From: Acidobacteriota bacterium
Lineage (GTDB): Bacteria > Acidobacteriota > UBA6911
NCBI GenBank assembly: GCA_012729555.1
Contig: JAAYCX010000051.1
Span: forward strand, 17,882-81,881
Length of the DNA: 64,000 bases
Direction of reading: 5' to 3'
Shown: positions 29,229 to 39,391 of the stretch, in pieces
Position numbering within the stretch: position 1 is the stretch's first letter
Layout: the number at the start of each line of letters is the position of its first letter
Translations under genes and position numbers: made by a program
The notes under the pieces: model-generated
What the model saw: the letters and a program-made list of their open reading frames with translations, nothing else
The model's database searches: none
What the model was told of the DNA's origin: nothing

Positions 29229-30562
29229 AGTCCAAAACGAGCACCTGGCTTGCGTCCCTCCTGGCGTTCCTTTTGGGCGCAGGCTTGCCCGCCCTCCTGC
29301 TCTGGAACCCGGGCCATTGGGAATGGGCCGAACGCATCGTGTCCGGCCGGCACGGCCCCCCGGCTCTGGGAGCCGAATCGCAAGGGACGCGGCTCTGGAC
29401 CTGCGGCATGCATCCCCAGGTGATCCAGGACGAACCCGGGACCTGTCCCATATGCGGCATGGACCTGGTCCCGGTGCACGAGGAGGGGGCAAAGGAAACC
29501 ACGGGAATCCACGTGGATCCGGGCTTCCTCCAGAACTTCGCCGTCCGGACGGCCCCGGTCCGGAAAGGATCGATCCCGGTCGTGATCCGCACCATCGGGA
29601 CCCTCGACTACAACCAGAAAAACATCGTATCCGTGAGCACGAAGACCGAGGGGTGGATCGAAAAGGCCTACGTCAACTACATCGGCCAGCCGGTGAAACG
29701 GGGCGATGTCCTCTTTGATATCTACAGTCCCCGGCTGGTGACGACCCAGCAGGAATACCTGGCGGCCCTCGCGTACGTCGAAGAGCTCAGCCGGGGGGGG
29801 GATGAAAATGCGGTCGCGCGCGCGCAATCGCTTCTGGAGGCCACCTCCGGGCGTCTCCGCTTCTGGGACATCACGGGGGAACAGGTCGAAGAGCTGCGGA
29901 TCCGCAAAAAGCCCGCACGCACCCTGAAGATCTTCTCTCCCGTTTCCGGGGTCGTCATCGAGAAGATGGGGGATTCGCTCGAAGGGATGAAGCTGTCGCC
30001 GGGGATGAACGTTTTCAAGATCGCCCGGCTTTCGGACCTCTGGGCCCGAATCGAGGTCTACGAGCATCAGATCCGGTACCTCCGGCTCGGGCGGACCGTG
30101 AGCCTCACGCTGGACGCGTTCCCCGGCAGGCGCTACACGGGGAAGATCATCCAACTCGACCCGACCCTCGATCAGAAGACGCGCACCCTGGCCGCCTACG
30201 TGGAGATACCGAACCCCGACCGGGAATTGCGCCCCGCCATGTACGCGGATGTGGAAATCCGCGTCCCGGCCGTTCCGGGCGCGCTGAAGGTGCCGAGCGA
30301 GGCGATCGTGCGCACGGGAGAGAGAAACGTGGTGATCGTGGAAAAGGAGAAGGGCTTCTTCGAACCGCGGGAAGTGGAGCTCGGCGCCGAAGGGGAGGGA
30401 TTCTCCCAGGTGACCGCAGGCCTTCATGAGGGAGAGACCGTGGTCGTTTCATCGCAATTCCTGATCGATTCGGAAAGCAACCTGAAGGAAGCGATCGGCA
30501 AGATGCTGGCAGGCCGCGACCGGGAACCAGGGGATCCGGCCGCCGCGCCCCGCCCCCGGTGA
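29225..30562 (+). CDS. cusB: heavy-metal efflux RND periplasmic adaptor with N-terminal metal-binding domain (CusB-like)
   Basis: WTCGMHPQVIQDEPGTCPICGMDL heavy-metal-binding domain. HlyD-like beta-barrel/lipoyl regions. ATGA overlap with the upstream OMP gene. Confidence 0.8.
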   Translation: MKSKTSTWLASLLAFLLGAGLPALLLWNPGHWEWAERIVSGRHGPPALGAESQGTRLWTCGMHPQVIQDEPGTCPICGMDLVPVHEEGAKETTGIHVDPGFLQNFAVRTAPVRKGSIPVVIRTIGTLDYNQKNIVSVSTKTEGWIEKAYVNYIGQPVKRGDVLFDIYSPRLVTTQQEYLAALAYVEELSRGGDENAVARAQSLLEATSGRLRFWDITGEQVEELRIRKKPARTLKIFSPVSGVVIEKMGDSLEGMKLSPGMNVFKIARLSDLWARIEVYEHQIRYLRLGRTVSLTLDAFPGRRYTGKIIQLDPTLDQKTRTLAAYVEIPNPDRELRPAMYADVEIRVPAVPGALKVPSEAIVRTGERNVVIVEKEKGFFEPREVELGAEGEGFSQVTAGLHEGETVVVSSQFLIDSESNLKEAIGKMLAGRDREPGDPAAAPRPR

Positions 30563-30577
30563 GTTCAGGAGGACCGG

Positions 30578-33500
30578 ATGTTTGCGAAAATCATCGAGTG
30601 GTCGATCGAAAACAAGTTCCTGGTCCTTTTGACAACGGCCCTGCTGGCCGGGGCCGGGATATATTCGGTCCGGAACACGCCCCTGGACGCCATCCCCGAC
30701 CTTTCCGACGTCCAGGTGATCCTCTATACCGAGTACCCCGGCCAGGGCCCCCGTATCGTCGAGGACCAGGTCACCTATCCCCTGACGACGCAGATGCTGG
30801 CGGTGCCCCACGCCAAGGTCGTACGCGGGTACTCCTTTTTCGGGTTTTCCTTCGTCTACATCATTTTTGAGGACGGGACCGACATGTACTGGGCCCGGAG
30901 CCGTGTCCTGGAATACCTGAACTATGTTTCCGGCCGGCTCCCCCGGGGAGTTACGCCGACGCTGGGACCCGACGCCACCGGCGTAGGGTGGGCCTTCATG
31001 TACGCGTTGAAATCGGACCGGCACGACCTCGGCCAGCTCCGTTCCATTCAGGATTTCTACCTGAAATACGAGCTGACGGGCGTACAGGGGGTGGCCGAGG
31101 TCGCCACCATCGGCGGCTTCGTGCGCCAGTACCAGATCACGGTCGACCCGAACAGGCTCCGGGCCTACGGCATCCCCGTCTCGAAGATCCGCGCGGCCGT
31201 AGAGCGCAGCAACAACGATGTAGGGGGACGGCTGCTGGAAATCGCGGAAAAGGAGTTCATGATCCGCGGCCTCGGCTATATCCGGTCCCTGGACGACATC
31301 CGGAAAATCTCGCTGGGAGTGGACGGGCAAGGCACTCCGGTGCTCCTGGGGGACCTGGCAACGGTTCAATACGGGCCGGAGATCCGCCGCGGCATCGCGG
31401 AGTGGGACGGGGAGGGGGAAACGGTGGGCGGCATCGTCGTCGTCCGCTTCGGCGCGAACGCGCGCCAGGTCATCGAGGACGTCAAGGAAAGGCTCGCCGC
31501 CGTCAAAACGGGCCTCCCGGAGGGCGTGAGCGTGGAAATCGCCTACGACCGTTCGGACCTGATCGAGAGGGCCGTCGACAATCTCCTGCGGAAGCTGCTC
31601 GAGGAGTTCATCGTCGTGGCGCTCATCTGCATCGTCTTCCTGATGCATTTCCGCAGCGCCCTCGTCCCCATCATCACCCTGCCGGTGGCCGTCCTGGTTT
31701 CGTTCATCGTCATGCACCTCCAGGGGATCAACGCCAACATCATGTCGCTGGGGGGGATCGCGATCGCCGTGGGGGCGATGGTGGATTCCGCCATCATCAT
31801 GGTGGAAAACGCCCACAAGCACCTGGAACGCGACGCCGGCAGGAAGCCGCACTGGCGCATCATCGCCGATGCGGCGACCGAGGTGGGACCGGCGCTCTTC
31901 TACTCCCTGCTCGTGATCACGGTGTCGTTTCTGCCCGTCTTCACGCTCGAACAGCAGGAAGGGCGGCTGTTCAAGCCGCTGGCGTTCACCAAGACCTACG
32001 CCATGGCCGCCGCGGCTTTTCTCTCCATCACCCTCGTTCCCGTCCTGATGGGGTACTGGATCCGCGGCCGGATCCGGAGCGAGAGCAGAAACCCGGTCAG
32101 CCGCTTCCTGGTCCGGGTCTATCACCCGATGCTGGAATTCGTGATGCGGTTCAAATGGCCGGTGCTGGGATTCGCGCTCCTGGCGATGGCGCTGACATGG
32201 ATACCGTACAAGCGGCTCGGCTCCGAATTCATGCCGCCGCTGTGGGAGGGGGACCTGCTGTACATGCCCACGACCCTCCCGGGGGTCTCGGCCACCAAGG
32301 CGCGGGAGCTGCTGCAGCAGACGGACAAGATCCTGAGGACATTTCCCGAGGTCCGCCACGTGTTCGGCAAGATCGGTCGGGCGGAGACGGCCACCGACCC
32401 GGCGCCCCTCACCATGATCGAAACCACCATCATGCTCAAGCCCGAAAAGGAGTGGCGCCCCGGGATGACGGTGGAAAAACTGACCGCGGAACTGGACGCC
32501 GCCATACGGGTCCCGGGGCTCACCAACGCCTGGACCATGCCGATCAAAACCCGCATCGACATGCTCTCCACCGGGATCAAGACTCCCGTGGGGATCAAAC
32601 TGGCGGGCCCGGACCTGGAGGTGCTGGAGAGGCTGGGCAAAGAAGTCGAGAGCGTCGTCCGCACCGTGCCGGGAACCCTGAGCGCCTATGCGGAACGGGT
32701 CATGGGGGGGAACTACCTCGATATCGAGATCGACCGCGACGCCATCGCCCGATACGGCCTCACCGTCGGCGACGTCGAGGACGTGATCCAGACCGCCGTC
32801 GGCGGCATGAACATCACCACGACGGTCGAAGGGCTGGAGCGGTATCCCGTGAACCTGAGATACGGCCGGGAGCTGCGCGACAGCGTGGAGAGGCTCCGCG
32901 GCGTCCTCGTTTCGACCCCCACGGGTCAGCACATCCCGCTGGGGCAGCTGGCCGGTCTGAGGTTCGCCGTCGGGCCCCCGTCGATCAAGAGCGAGAACGC
33001 GAAGCCCAACGCCTGGGTGTACGTCGACCTCCGGGGCGTGGATGTCGGCACCTACGTCGAAAACGCCAGGAGGATTGTCGGGGAGCGCGTGAAGGTTCCC
33101 GCCGGGTACACCGTCGCCTGGAGCGGCCAGTACGAATACATGGAGCGGGCCCGGCAACGGCTGATGTACGTCATTCCGCTCACGATCGTCCTCGCGGTGG
33201 TGCTCGTCTTTCTCAACACCCGGTCGGTCGTCAAGACGGGCATCGTCTTTCTTGCGGTGCCGTTTTCGCTCGTGGGGGCCGTCTGGCTCCTGTACCTGCT
33301 CGACTACAACATGAGCATCGCGGTCTGGGTCGGCATCATCGCCCTCGCGGGCCTCGACGCGGAAACGGGGGTGGTCATGCTGTTGTACCTGGACCACGCC
33401 TTCGAGAAGGCCCGGAAGGAGGGCCTCCTCAGGGACAGGAACGATCTTGCCGACGCCGTATACGAGGGCGCGGTCAGGCGGGTGCGCCCCAAAATCATGA

Positions 33501-33721
33501 CGATCGGGACGACCATCATCGGACTCCTGCCGATCCTCTGGAGCAGCGGGACCGGATCGGACGTCATGAAACGCATCGCGGCGCCGATGGTCGGAGGGCT
33601 GGTGACCTCCGGCATCCTCGAGCTGCTGCTCTACCCCGTGATTTTCTATCTTTTGAAGGCGCGCGCCCTGCCGCAGGCCGGGCCCTTCAGGGGATTCCAC
33701 CATTTGAAGGAGGCCCGATGA
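30578..33721 (+). CDS. cusA: heavy-metal efflux RND permease, CusA/CzcA family (HME)
   Basis: 1047 aa. N-terminus closely matches the CusA family (IEWSIENKFLVL...PLDAIPDLSDVQVILYTEYPGQGPRIVEDQVTYPLTT...RSRVLEYLN). 12 TM segments plus two large periplasmic loops. Confidence 0.9.
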   Translation: MFAKIIEWSIENKFLVLLTTALLAGAGIYSVRNTPLDAIPDLSDVQVILYTEYPGQGPRIVEDQVTYPLTTQMLAVPHAKVVRGYSFFGFSFVYIIFEDGTDMYWARSRVLEYLNYVSGRLPRGVTPTLGPDATGVGWAFMYALKSDRHDLGQLRSIQDFYLKYELTGVQGVAEVATIGGFVRQYQITVDPNRLRAYGIPVSKIRAAVERSNNDVGGRLLEIAEKEFMIRGLGYIRSLDDIRKISLGVDGQGTPVLLGDLATVQYGPEIRRGIAEWDGEGETVGGIVVVRFGANARQVIEDVKERLAAVKTGLPEGVSVEIAYDRSDLIERAVDNLLRKLLEEFIVVALICIVFLMHFRSALVPIITLPVAVLVSFIVMHLQGINANIMSLGGIAIAVGAMVDSAIIMVENAHKHLERDAGRKPHWRIIADAATEVGPALFYSLLVITVSFLPVFTLEQQEGRLFKPLAFTKTYAMAAAAFLSITLVPVLMGYWIRGRIRSESRNPVSRFLVRVYHPMLEFVMRFKWPVLGFALLAMALTWIPYKRLGSEFMPPLWEGDLLYMPTTLPGVSATKARELLQQTDKILRTFPEVRHVFGKIGRAETATDPAPLTMIETTIMLKPEKEWRPGMTVEKLTAELDAAIRVPGLTNAWTMPIKTRIDMLSTGIKTPVGIKLAGPDLEVLERLGKEVESVVRTVPGTLSAYAERVMGGNYLDIEIDRDAIARYGLTVGDVEDVIQTAVGGMNITTTVEGLERYPVNLRYGRELRDSVERLRGVLVSTPTGQHIPLGQLAGLRFAVGPPSIKSENAKPNAWVYVDLRGVDVGTYVENARRIVGERVKVPAGYTVAWSGQYEYMERARQRLMYVIPLTIVLAVVLVFLNTRSVVKTGIVFLAVPFSLVGAVWLLYLLDYNMSIAVWVGIIALAGLDAETGVVMLLYLDHAFEKARKEGLLRDRNDLADAVYEGAVRRVRPKIMTIGTTIIGLLPILWSSGTGSDVMKRIAAPMVGGLVTSGILELLLYPVIFYLLKARALPQAGPFRGFHHLKEAR

Positions 33722-34395
33722 GATACCTTGTCCTGTGGCTCTTTCTCGCGCAGCCGCTGGCCGCGCAGACGTTCAGCGTGACCCATGAAAAACGGTTCCG
33801 GGGCGACGGCCGCGGGACGATCGAGGTCACCGACGATGGGATCCGGTACAGCTCGGAGCGGCCCGAGGACAGCAGAAACTGGCCCTATCGGGACATTCAG
33901 CACCTCGACCGGATCAGCCCGCGGGAATTTGTCCTGCTGAGCTACGAGGATGAAACCCGGTACCTCGGCCGCGACAGGTCCTACCGTTTCGTCCTGACCG
34001 AAGGGGAACTCACCGATGCGATTTTCGAAAAGATCAGCCGCAGGCTCGGCCGCCCGGTGACCGACCGCGTCGTGCCCGGCACCGCCGCCCCCGGGCATGC
34101 GGTGCCGGTCAAACACAACCACACCTTCGGCGGCTGCGAAGGCGTTCTCCGGTTCACCGGGGATGCCATCCTCTACGCCACGGACAACGCCAGGGACGCC
34201 CGCGCCTGGAAGCTCGGCCGGGACATCGAGTCGGTGTGGTCCCGGGACCGGTATCACCTGGAAATCCACGTCCATGAAAACAACCGGCGGGAATTCGGCC
34301 GCACCCGCGTGTACGATTTCTCCCTCAAGGCCCCGCTCGACCCGGCGCTGTACAGAGGACTGAAGCTCAGGCTTTACGACCTGGAAGCCGAATGA
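33718..34395 (+). CDS. hypothetical periplasmic protein, last gene of the metal-efflux operon
   Basis: ATGA overlap with the cusA stop. Signal peptide MRYLVLWLFLAQPLAAQ. 225 aa, no family recognised. Confidence 0.55.
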   Translation: MRYLVLWLFLAQPLAAQTFSVTHEKRFRGDGRGTIEVTDDGIRYSSERPEDSRNWPYRDIQHLDRISPREFVLLSYEDETRYLGRDRSYRFVLTEGELTDAIFEKISRRLGRPVTDRVVPGTAAPGHAVPVKHNHTFGGCEGVLRFTGDAILYATDNARDARAWKLGRDIESVWSRDRYHLEIHVHENNRREFGRTRVYDFSLKAPLDPALYRGLKLRLYDLEAE

Positions 34396-34431
34396 TGGGG
34401 GACCTCCCCGGTTTCCACCAAAGCCCCGGAT

Positions 34432-34791
34432 CTAGAAGGTGAGGACCTTGTCGCTCTCCACCGTCCACCGGGCGAACTCCTTCATGTTGCTCAGCTGCAC
34501 CCCTTCGATGAAGGGGACCTTGTCGATGCCGCGGGCTTCGCTGCAGCCGCCGCAGCTCTTGACCTCCCCCCCTTTCAGGATCACCGATCGAAGCATCCGC
34601 TCGATGTTGTAATAACCGGTGGGGGTGCCCTGCCCGGGGAGGGCGCAGAAAACCGCATCCGCCAGGAGGAAGATCCTGACGGCCGCTTCCCCGCCGTGCT
34701 CCTTCTGCAGAGTCATGGCCATTCTCAGGGCGTTGTAGGCTTTCTCGGTCCCGTAGGGGGCGTCGTTGATGATGATGAGGATCTTCTGCAT
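34432..34791 (-). CDS. DsrE/DsrF(TusD)-like sulfur-relay family protein
   Basis: MQKILIIINDAPYGTEKAYNALRMA N-terminus and conserved Cys (CGGC) are typical of DsrE-like proteins. 119 aa. Confidence 0.7.
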   Translation of the reverse strand: MQKILIIINDAPYGTEKAYNALRMAMTLQKEHGGEAAVRIFLLADAVFCALPGQGTPTGYYNIERMLRSVILKGGEVKSCGGCSEARGIDKVPFIEGVQLSNMKEFARWTVESDKVLTF

Positions 34792-35516
34792 CTCTTCCAC
34801 TCCTCGATAGAGGATTCGTTGGTTCCGGAAACGGAATGGGAGGCATCGTCCCCGGCCGCGACGGGCAGGCCGCGCGCCTTCCAGTCGGCCACCCCTTCCT
34901 CCAGCCTCGACGCCCTGTAGCCCCGGGCCTTCAGCCTCTCCACCGCCTCGAGCGCAAGCACGCAGTAGGGGCCGCGGCAGTAGGCGACCACCTCGCGGTC
35001 GACCGGGAGTTCCGAGAGCTTCCGCTCCAGCTCGTCGAGCGGAACTGACAGCGCACCCGGGAGGTGCCCGGCGCGATATTCCTCGGGCGGGCGGACATCC
35101 AGGACCGTGACACCCCCGTCCCGGATTTTGGCCAGCAGTTGGCGTCGATCCACCGGGTCGAGGTCCCCTCGGGCCTCCATGAAACGCCGGGTGATCTCCC
35201 CGATCTCGGCCAGGCGGGCCTCGGCCAGCAGGCGCAGGGCCCGGAAAAACTCGCACACCTCCCCGTCCGCGAGCCTGTAAGTGACATAAAGTCCCTGCTT
35301 TTCGGCCTCCACGAGCCGTGCCTCGCGCAGTACCTTCAGATGCTGCGATACGTTGGGGAGCCCCATGCCGGCTTCCCGCGCAAGGACCTCCACCGTGCGC
35401 GGCCCCTGGCACAGCAGATCGAGCAATTCGAGCCTGCCGCCGTGGGACACCGCCTTCCCGATGCGGGCGAATTGCTCATAGATGGCCGTCTTGAAGCGTC
35501 GATTCGGGTTCGTCAT
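34725..35516 (-). CDS. ArsR/SmtB-family metalloregulator fused to a C-terminal rhodanese domain
   Basis: Winged HTH (LELLDLLCQGPRTVEVLAREAGMGLPNVSQHLKVLREARLV). Rhodanese active-site loop (VVAYCRGPYCVLA). The 3' end overlaps dsrE by 67 nt out of frame. Confidence 0.75.
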   Translation of the reverse strand: MTNPNRRFKTAIYEQFARIGKAVSHGGRLELLDLLCQGPRTVEVLAREAGMGLPNVSQHLKVLREARLVEAEKQGLYVTYRLADGEVCEFFRALRLLAEARLAEIGEITRRFMEARGDLDPVDRRQLLAKIRDGGVTVLDVRPPEEYRAGHLPGALSVPLDELERKLSELPVDREVVAYCRGPYCVLALEAVERLKARGYRASRLEEGVADWKARGLPVAAGDDASHSVSGTNESSIEEWKRCRRSSSSSTTPPTGPRKPTTP

Positions 35517-35699
35517 GATATTTCAGTATTTTGCTTTATATTGAATTATTGAGTTCCGGTCAACGCCTTTCCTCATCGGGGCGGTCCTTTTCTTCGTTTT
35601 TCGCATGCCTTCATCAGGGTTTTCCCTTATTGGCACCGCGGATGACGCCGGGCTAGAATTTCATGCATCTGGGTAGGAAAAACGGCATTTGCCCCCCCC

Positions 35700-37424
35700 A
35701 TGGAGGCAGTCATGCGCGATATCGTTTTGATAGTCGGCCTGGGCGTTTTCCTGTCCGCGTGCTCGGGCGGCGGCACGGATCCGGACGGCAACGACCCACC
35801 CCCGGTTTCGAGTGCGGCCACTGTCCTTGCGGCCAACGACCTGGGGATGCACTGCATCGACTCGGAGTTCTCGATTTTTTCGATCCTGCCCCCCTACAAC
35901 ATCGTCAACGCGCAGGTGGTCCGGCGGGACGGCTCCGGGCGCCCCTACCTGGCCGATCACACGGAGGTCAGGGTCACCTTCGACGCCGTCGCCGACCCCG
36001 CGGGGTCCGTCAACAGTTTCAGCCTGGGGAAAACCAATTTCTGGCAGTACGCCGGGGCGCTCTTCGGCATGACGCTCCCCGCAGGGGAGGGCCTGACCGG
36101 GGTGTACATGCCCCGGGAACAGCCCTACACCAACGGCCCCCAGCCCATGCCGTACCATCTCCAGAAAGCGGTCTTTCACGCCGAGGGGATCCCGATCACC
36201 CCCCTGGACGACGACCTGGAAAGCAACCCCTACCCGCTCCTTCGCATTGCCGCCGCCGATGCCGTAAGCGGGGCCGCGCTCGGCCACCTGGACGTGGTCG
36301 TCCCGGTTTCCGCCGAGACCGACTGCAAGACCTGCCACAAGACCGGGGCGATGGCCGCGAGCGACCCGGGCACCGCGTGGTCCCTGTCCCCGGACCTGGA
36401 GGTCCAGAGCAAGATCAACATCCTGAGGCTCCACGACGCCGGGCACCAGACCTCCCTGGAAGCCTCCCAGCCGGTCCTGTGCGCGGGGTGCCACTATTCG
36501 CCGGCGCTCGACCTGGCCGGCACGGGGCCGGCCGGCGCGCAGATCGGCAACCCGAATTTCTCGGGTGTCATGCACGAATTTCACGGAGGACTCGAGGCGA
36601 ACGGCCAGCCGGTCTTCCCCCCGGGCGCGACGGTGCAGGAGACGTGCTACCAGTGCCACCCGGGCAACGTCACCCAATGCCAGCGCGGGGCCATGAAGAC
36701 GGGCGGGATGGACTGCCACGCCTGCCACGGGGATATGCTCGCGGTGGGGGGCAGTTACGCCCTGCTGGCGGGGGGCAGCATCGACGGCACCAATGACGGC
36801 AACGCACGCAGGCCGTGGAAGGACCTGCCCCGCTGCCAGTCGTGCCACACGGGAGACGCCCTCGGCTACCTTGCCGGGTCCGCCCTGGCGGCCGATCCCG
36901 ACTGGCCCTTCAGGCTGCGCCAGGCCTACAGGACGGGAGACGCCGCCGCTTCCCCGCTCCTGGCGGCCAACAAGCGTTTTGCCGAGAACACGAACGCCCT
37001 GTACCGCGCGAGCAAGGGGCACGGGGGGATCCTGTGCGAAGGGTGCCACGGCAGCACCCATGCCGTCTGGCCCAACGCCTCGGCGGCCGCGAACGACAAC
37101 CTGGCCGCCGAGATGCTGCAGGGGCATGCGGGCCCGGTCATCGAATGCACCACCTGTCATGCGCCCTCGAGCCTGGCGCGCACGACCAGCGGTCCCCACG
37201 GCCTTCACAACGTCAACGACTCCCGGTGGTACGACGAAGGGCACGAGGAGTTCTACGAGAACAACAAGAACGGGTGCAAGGCGTGTCACGGGGCGAACCT
37301 GACCGGGACGCCGCTCGCCCGGGTGCCGGTCGCCCGGGCATTCAGCGTGGAGGGAAAAACGTTCAGTTACGCCCGGGGAGACATGGTGCGCTGCGACCGC
37401 TGCCACGGCATGCCCGATCTCTGA
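35700..37424 (+). CDS. multihaem c-type cytochrome lipoprotein (nine CxxCH motifs)
   Basis: Lipobox VFLSACSG. Haem sites CKTCH, CAGCH, CYQCH, CHACH, CQSCH, CEGCH, CTTCH, CKACH, CDRCH. Confidence 0.85.
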   Translation: MEAVMRDIVLIVGLGVFLSACSGGGTDPDGNDPPPVSSAATVLAANDLGMHCIDSEFSIFSILPPYNIVNAQVVRRDGSGRPYLADHTEVRVTFDAVADPAGSVNSFSLGKTNFWQYAGALFGMTLPAGEGLTGVYMPREQPYTNGPQPMPYHLQKAVFHAEGIPITPLDDDLESNPYPLLRIAAADAVSGAALGHLDVVVPVSAETDCKTCHKTGAMAASDPGTAWSLSPDLEVQSKINILRLHDAGHQTSLEASQPVLCAGCHYSPALDLAGTGPAGAQIGNPNFSGVMHEFHGGLEANGQPVFPPGATVQETCYQCHPGNVTQCQRGAMKTGGMDCHACHGDMLAVGGSYALLAGGSIDGTNDGNARRPWKDLPRCQSCHTGDALGYLAGSALAADPDWPFRLRQAYRTGDAAASPLLAANKRFAENTNALYRASKGHGGILCEGCHGSTHAVWPNASAAANDNLAAEMLQGHAGPVIECTTCHAPSSLARTTSGPHGLHNVNDSRWYDEGHEEFYENNKNGCKACHGANLTGTPLARVPVARAFSVEGKTFSYARGDMVRCDRCHGMPDL

Positions 37425-37453
37425 TCCCCGCGGCGGCCGGGAATGGGAAGGCT

Positions 37454-38386
37454 ATGAGATTTCCTCACGCTTCGCACGCGGTCCTGCTGCTGGCGGGACT
37501 GGCCGGCGCCTGGCTGGTCTTCCGACTGCCGGCGCACCCGACGATTACGGAGGCGGCGGGGACCGTTGTGTCGATCGGAGAGACGGCCGGTCAAACGGCG
37601 CCGTCCCTGGCACCTCCCTCCGCTTCCGCGGCCGGCCTCCGTGAGGGGTGGAACACGCGTGCCGCGGTCCGGTACCTGCTCGGGAGCCTCCAGAGGGGGG
37701 AGCGGTTCCGAGCCTATCGGCTGGCCGGGATCATCGCGGATCCTTCGGCCCAGGGCGCCAGCCGCGCCGTCATCGAAGACCTGGAAGCGGGGACCACCCG
37801 CGCCTACGCCGTCCCCGACCCCCTTCCCGATGGTTCCCGCCTGGCCGCTATCAGGAGCAACTATGTCGTCCTGGAAAAGAACGGCGTCAGGAAACGGTTG
37901 CGGCTCCATTCCCGCCGCGGTGCCCGGAACGGCCCGGATGCCCCGGAGGCCACCGGGGCGGAGGGGTACAGAAAGATCGGCGAACGCGAGTTCGACCTGA
38001 ATCCGTACCGGGTGTTCGGGGGCGACCCCGACCGGGTCCTCGATTTCTCGCTGAAGGCGGCGCTCCGCGGGGACTCCATGGAAGGGGTGCGGATCTCCGG
38101 ACTCGATCCCGCCGGTCCGGCCCATCGCCTCGGATTGAGGGAGGGGGACGTGCTGCTGGCAGTCAACGGCAGGCCGGTCGACAGTCTCCTCGACGGCGTC
38201 CGGGCCTGCCTCGACGCGCACGGGTCCGACGACGTCGAGATCAGGCTCCGCCGCGCGGGGCGGCCCGTCACCCTGACCTACCATCTCTTCTGGCAGGGCC
38301 GCGGCTCGTGGACTGCAGCCACCGTGCTCCGATCGCGCGCCGTCGCCTCCCTTCTCGACGACGCCTCCGTTCTGCACCTTTTCTAG
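37454..38386 (+). CDS. PDZ-domain protein with N-terminal signal/TM (GspC-like architecture)
   Basis: C-terminal PDZ domain (GVRISGLDPAGPAHRLGLREGDVLLAVNGRPVDSL). Lies 30 nt downstream of the cytochrome gene on the same strand. Confidence 0.6.
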   Translation: MRFPHASHAVLLLAGLAGAWLVFRLPAHPTITEAAGTVVSIGETAGQTAPSLAPPSASAAGLREGWNTRAAVRYLLGSLQRGERFRAYRLAGIIADPSAQGASRAVIEDLEAGTTRAYAVPDPLPDGSRLAAIRSNYVVLEKNGVRKRLRLHSRRGARNGPDAPEATGAEGYRKIGEREFDLNPYRVFGGDPDRVLDFSLKAALRGDSMEGVRISGLDPAGPAHRLGLREGDVLLAVNGRPVDSLLDGVRACLDAHGSDDVEIRLRRAGRPVTLTYHLFWQGRGSWTAATVLRSRAVASLLDDASVLHLF

Positions 38387-38539
38387 AACGGTTGGTCTCG
38401 CGGGGCGCGCTGGAGGCTGCTCCAGCACAGCCAAACGCGCGTCCCCCTGGCTCATCCCTGCCACGCGGGCGTTCCATCGCTTCCGACGCCACGGAAAGTT
38501 CTCCATGGCATGATTTTAAATGCCCTGGTATGATAAAGC

Positions 38540-38794
38540 ATGAAAGGAACCACTATGAAAACAGCACCCTTTGCCACCAAACTACCAGCGGACCTGATTG
38601 CCGAGCTCGATGATGTCTGCAAGGCCCTCGGGCTGAAAAAGAACTTTGTCCTCGAAGCCGCCTTGAGGGAAAAACTCGAGGACCTGGTGGATGCCGCCGA
38701 CCTTCAGCATGCCATCAGGGAAGCCACAGGCTTCCATGCGTGGGAAGACATCAAGCGTGAGGATCGCCTGACAAGGGGCAAAATTGCCATATAA
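38540..38794 (+). CDS. type II antitoxin (RelB/DinJ or ribbon-helix-helix type)
   Basis: Small acidic 84-aa protein overlapping a RelE/ParE toxin gene by 11 nt. Confidence 0.6.
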   Translation: MKGTTMKTAPFATKLPADLIAELDDVCKALGLKKNFVLEAALREKLEDLVDAADLQHAIREATGFHAWEDIKREDRLTRGKIAI

Positions 38795-39038
38795 GCTCGA
38801 GCTGGAAACCCATGCGCGCCGTGAATACCGCGATTTGCCGATGCACGTGCGCGAACAGATCGCTGATGTCCCGGACGATCTGCAGAGGAATCCGCGTCCG
38901 CCGGGAGGCAAAAAACTGGTGGGGACAACAGGCTATCGCGTCAGAATGGGAGATTACCGCATTCTCTATACAATTGACGATGCATCATCGGTGGTGCGCG
39001 TGTACCGGATCGGGCACCGTCGTGAGATCTACCGCTGA
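38784..39038 (+). CDS. relE: type II toxin, RelE/ParE family
   Basis: C-terminal motif GYRVRMGDYRILYTIDDASSVVRVYRIGHRREIY. Confidence 0.8.
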   Translation: MPYKLELETHARREYRDLPMHVREQIADVPDDLQRNPRPPGGKKLVGTTGYRVRMGDYRILYTIDDASSVVRVYRIGHRREIYR

Positions 39039-39161
39039 GACCGGTCCCGGCCCGTGTCGTTCAGGAGACCGGCAGAGCCGGGACGTCCCCAGATTTCGTC
39101 ACCGCAGGGGGGAGCGACCCGTAGCCGGGGGGCTTTTGTCTTTTTCCGGCGAGGCCTGACG

Positions 39162-39380
39162 TCAGGCTGCTTCTCTCGGCTTGTAATGCAGAACCAACAG
39201 CTGGTCTTCTTTCAGCGCCAGACTGGCATAGGCGCGGCCGTCATTATCCGCAAACTCCACCTCAAACACATCCTGCCCCAGCAGCTCGACAACCGTTCCC
39301 ACTTGTCCACGGCGAAGTTTCCGGGCAGGCAGCTCGTCCGTCAATGCCACAACATCAAGAAGCTTGATGCTTTCGCTCAT
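39162..39380 (-). CDS. DUF4926 domain protein
   Basis: MSESIKLLDVVALTDELPARKLRRGQVGTVVELLGQDVFEVEFADNDGRAY matches the DUF4926 family as I recall it. Start at the internal ATG 39380. Lies immediately downstream of the DUF6883 gene. Confidence 0.6.
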   Translation of the reverse strand: MSESIKLLDVVALTDELPARKLRRGQVGTVVELLGQDVFEVEFADNDGRAYASLALKEDQLLVLHYKPREAA

Positions 39381-39391
39381 TTCATCTTCCT

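Noticed and set aside
34725-34791. Possible mis-called stop or start creating the 67-nt ArsR-rhodanese/DsrE overlap
   Set aside because: The DsrE N-terminus MQKILIIINDAPYG is the conserved family start, and no earlier in-frame stop exists for the regulator, so I kept the overlap. It could also reflect a sequencing frameshift; that cannot be decided here.
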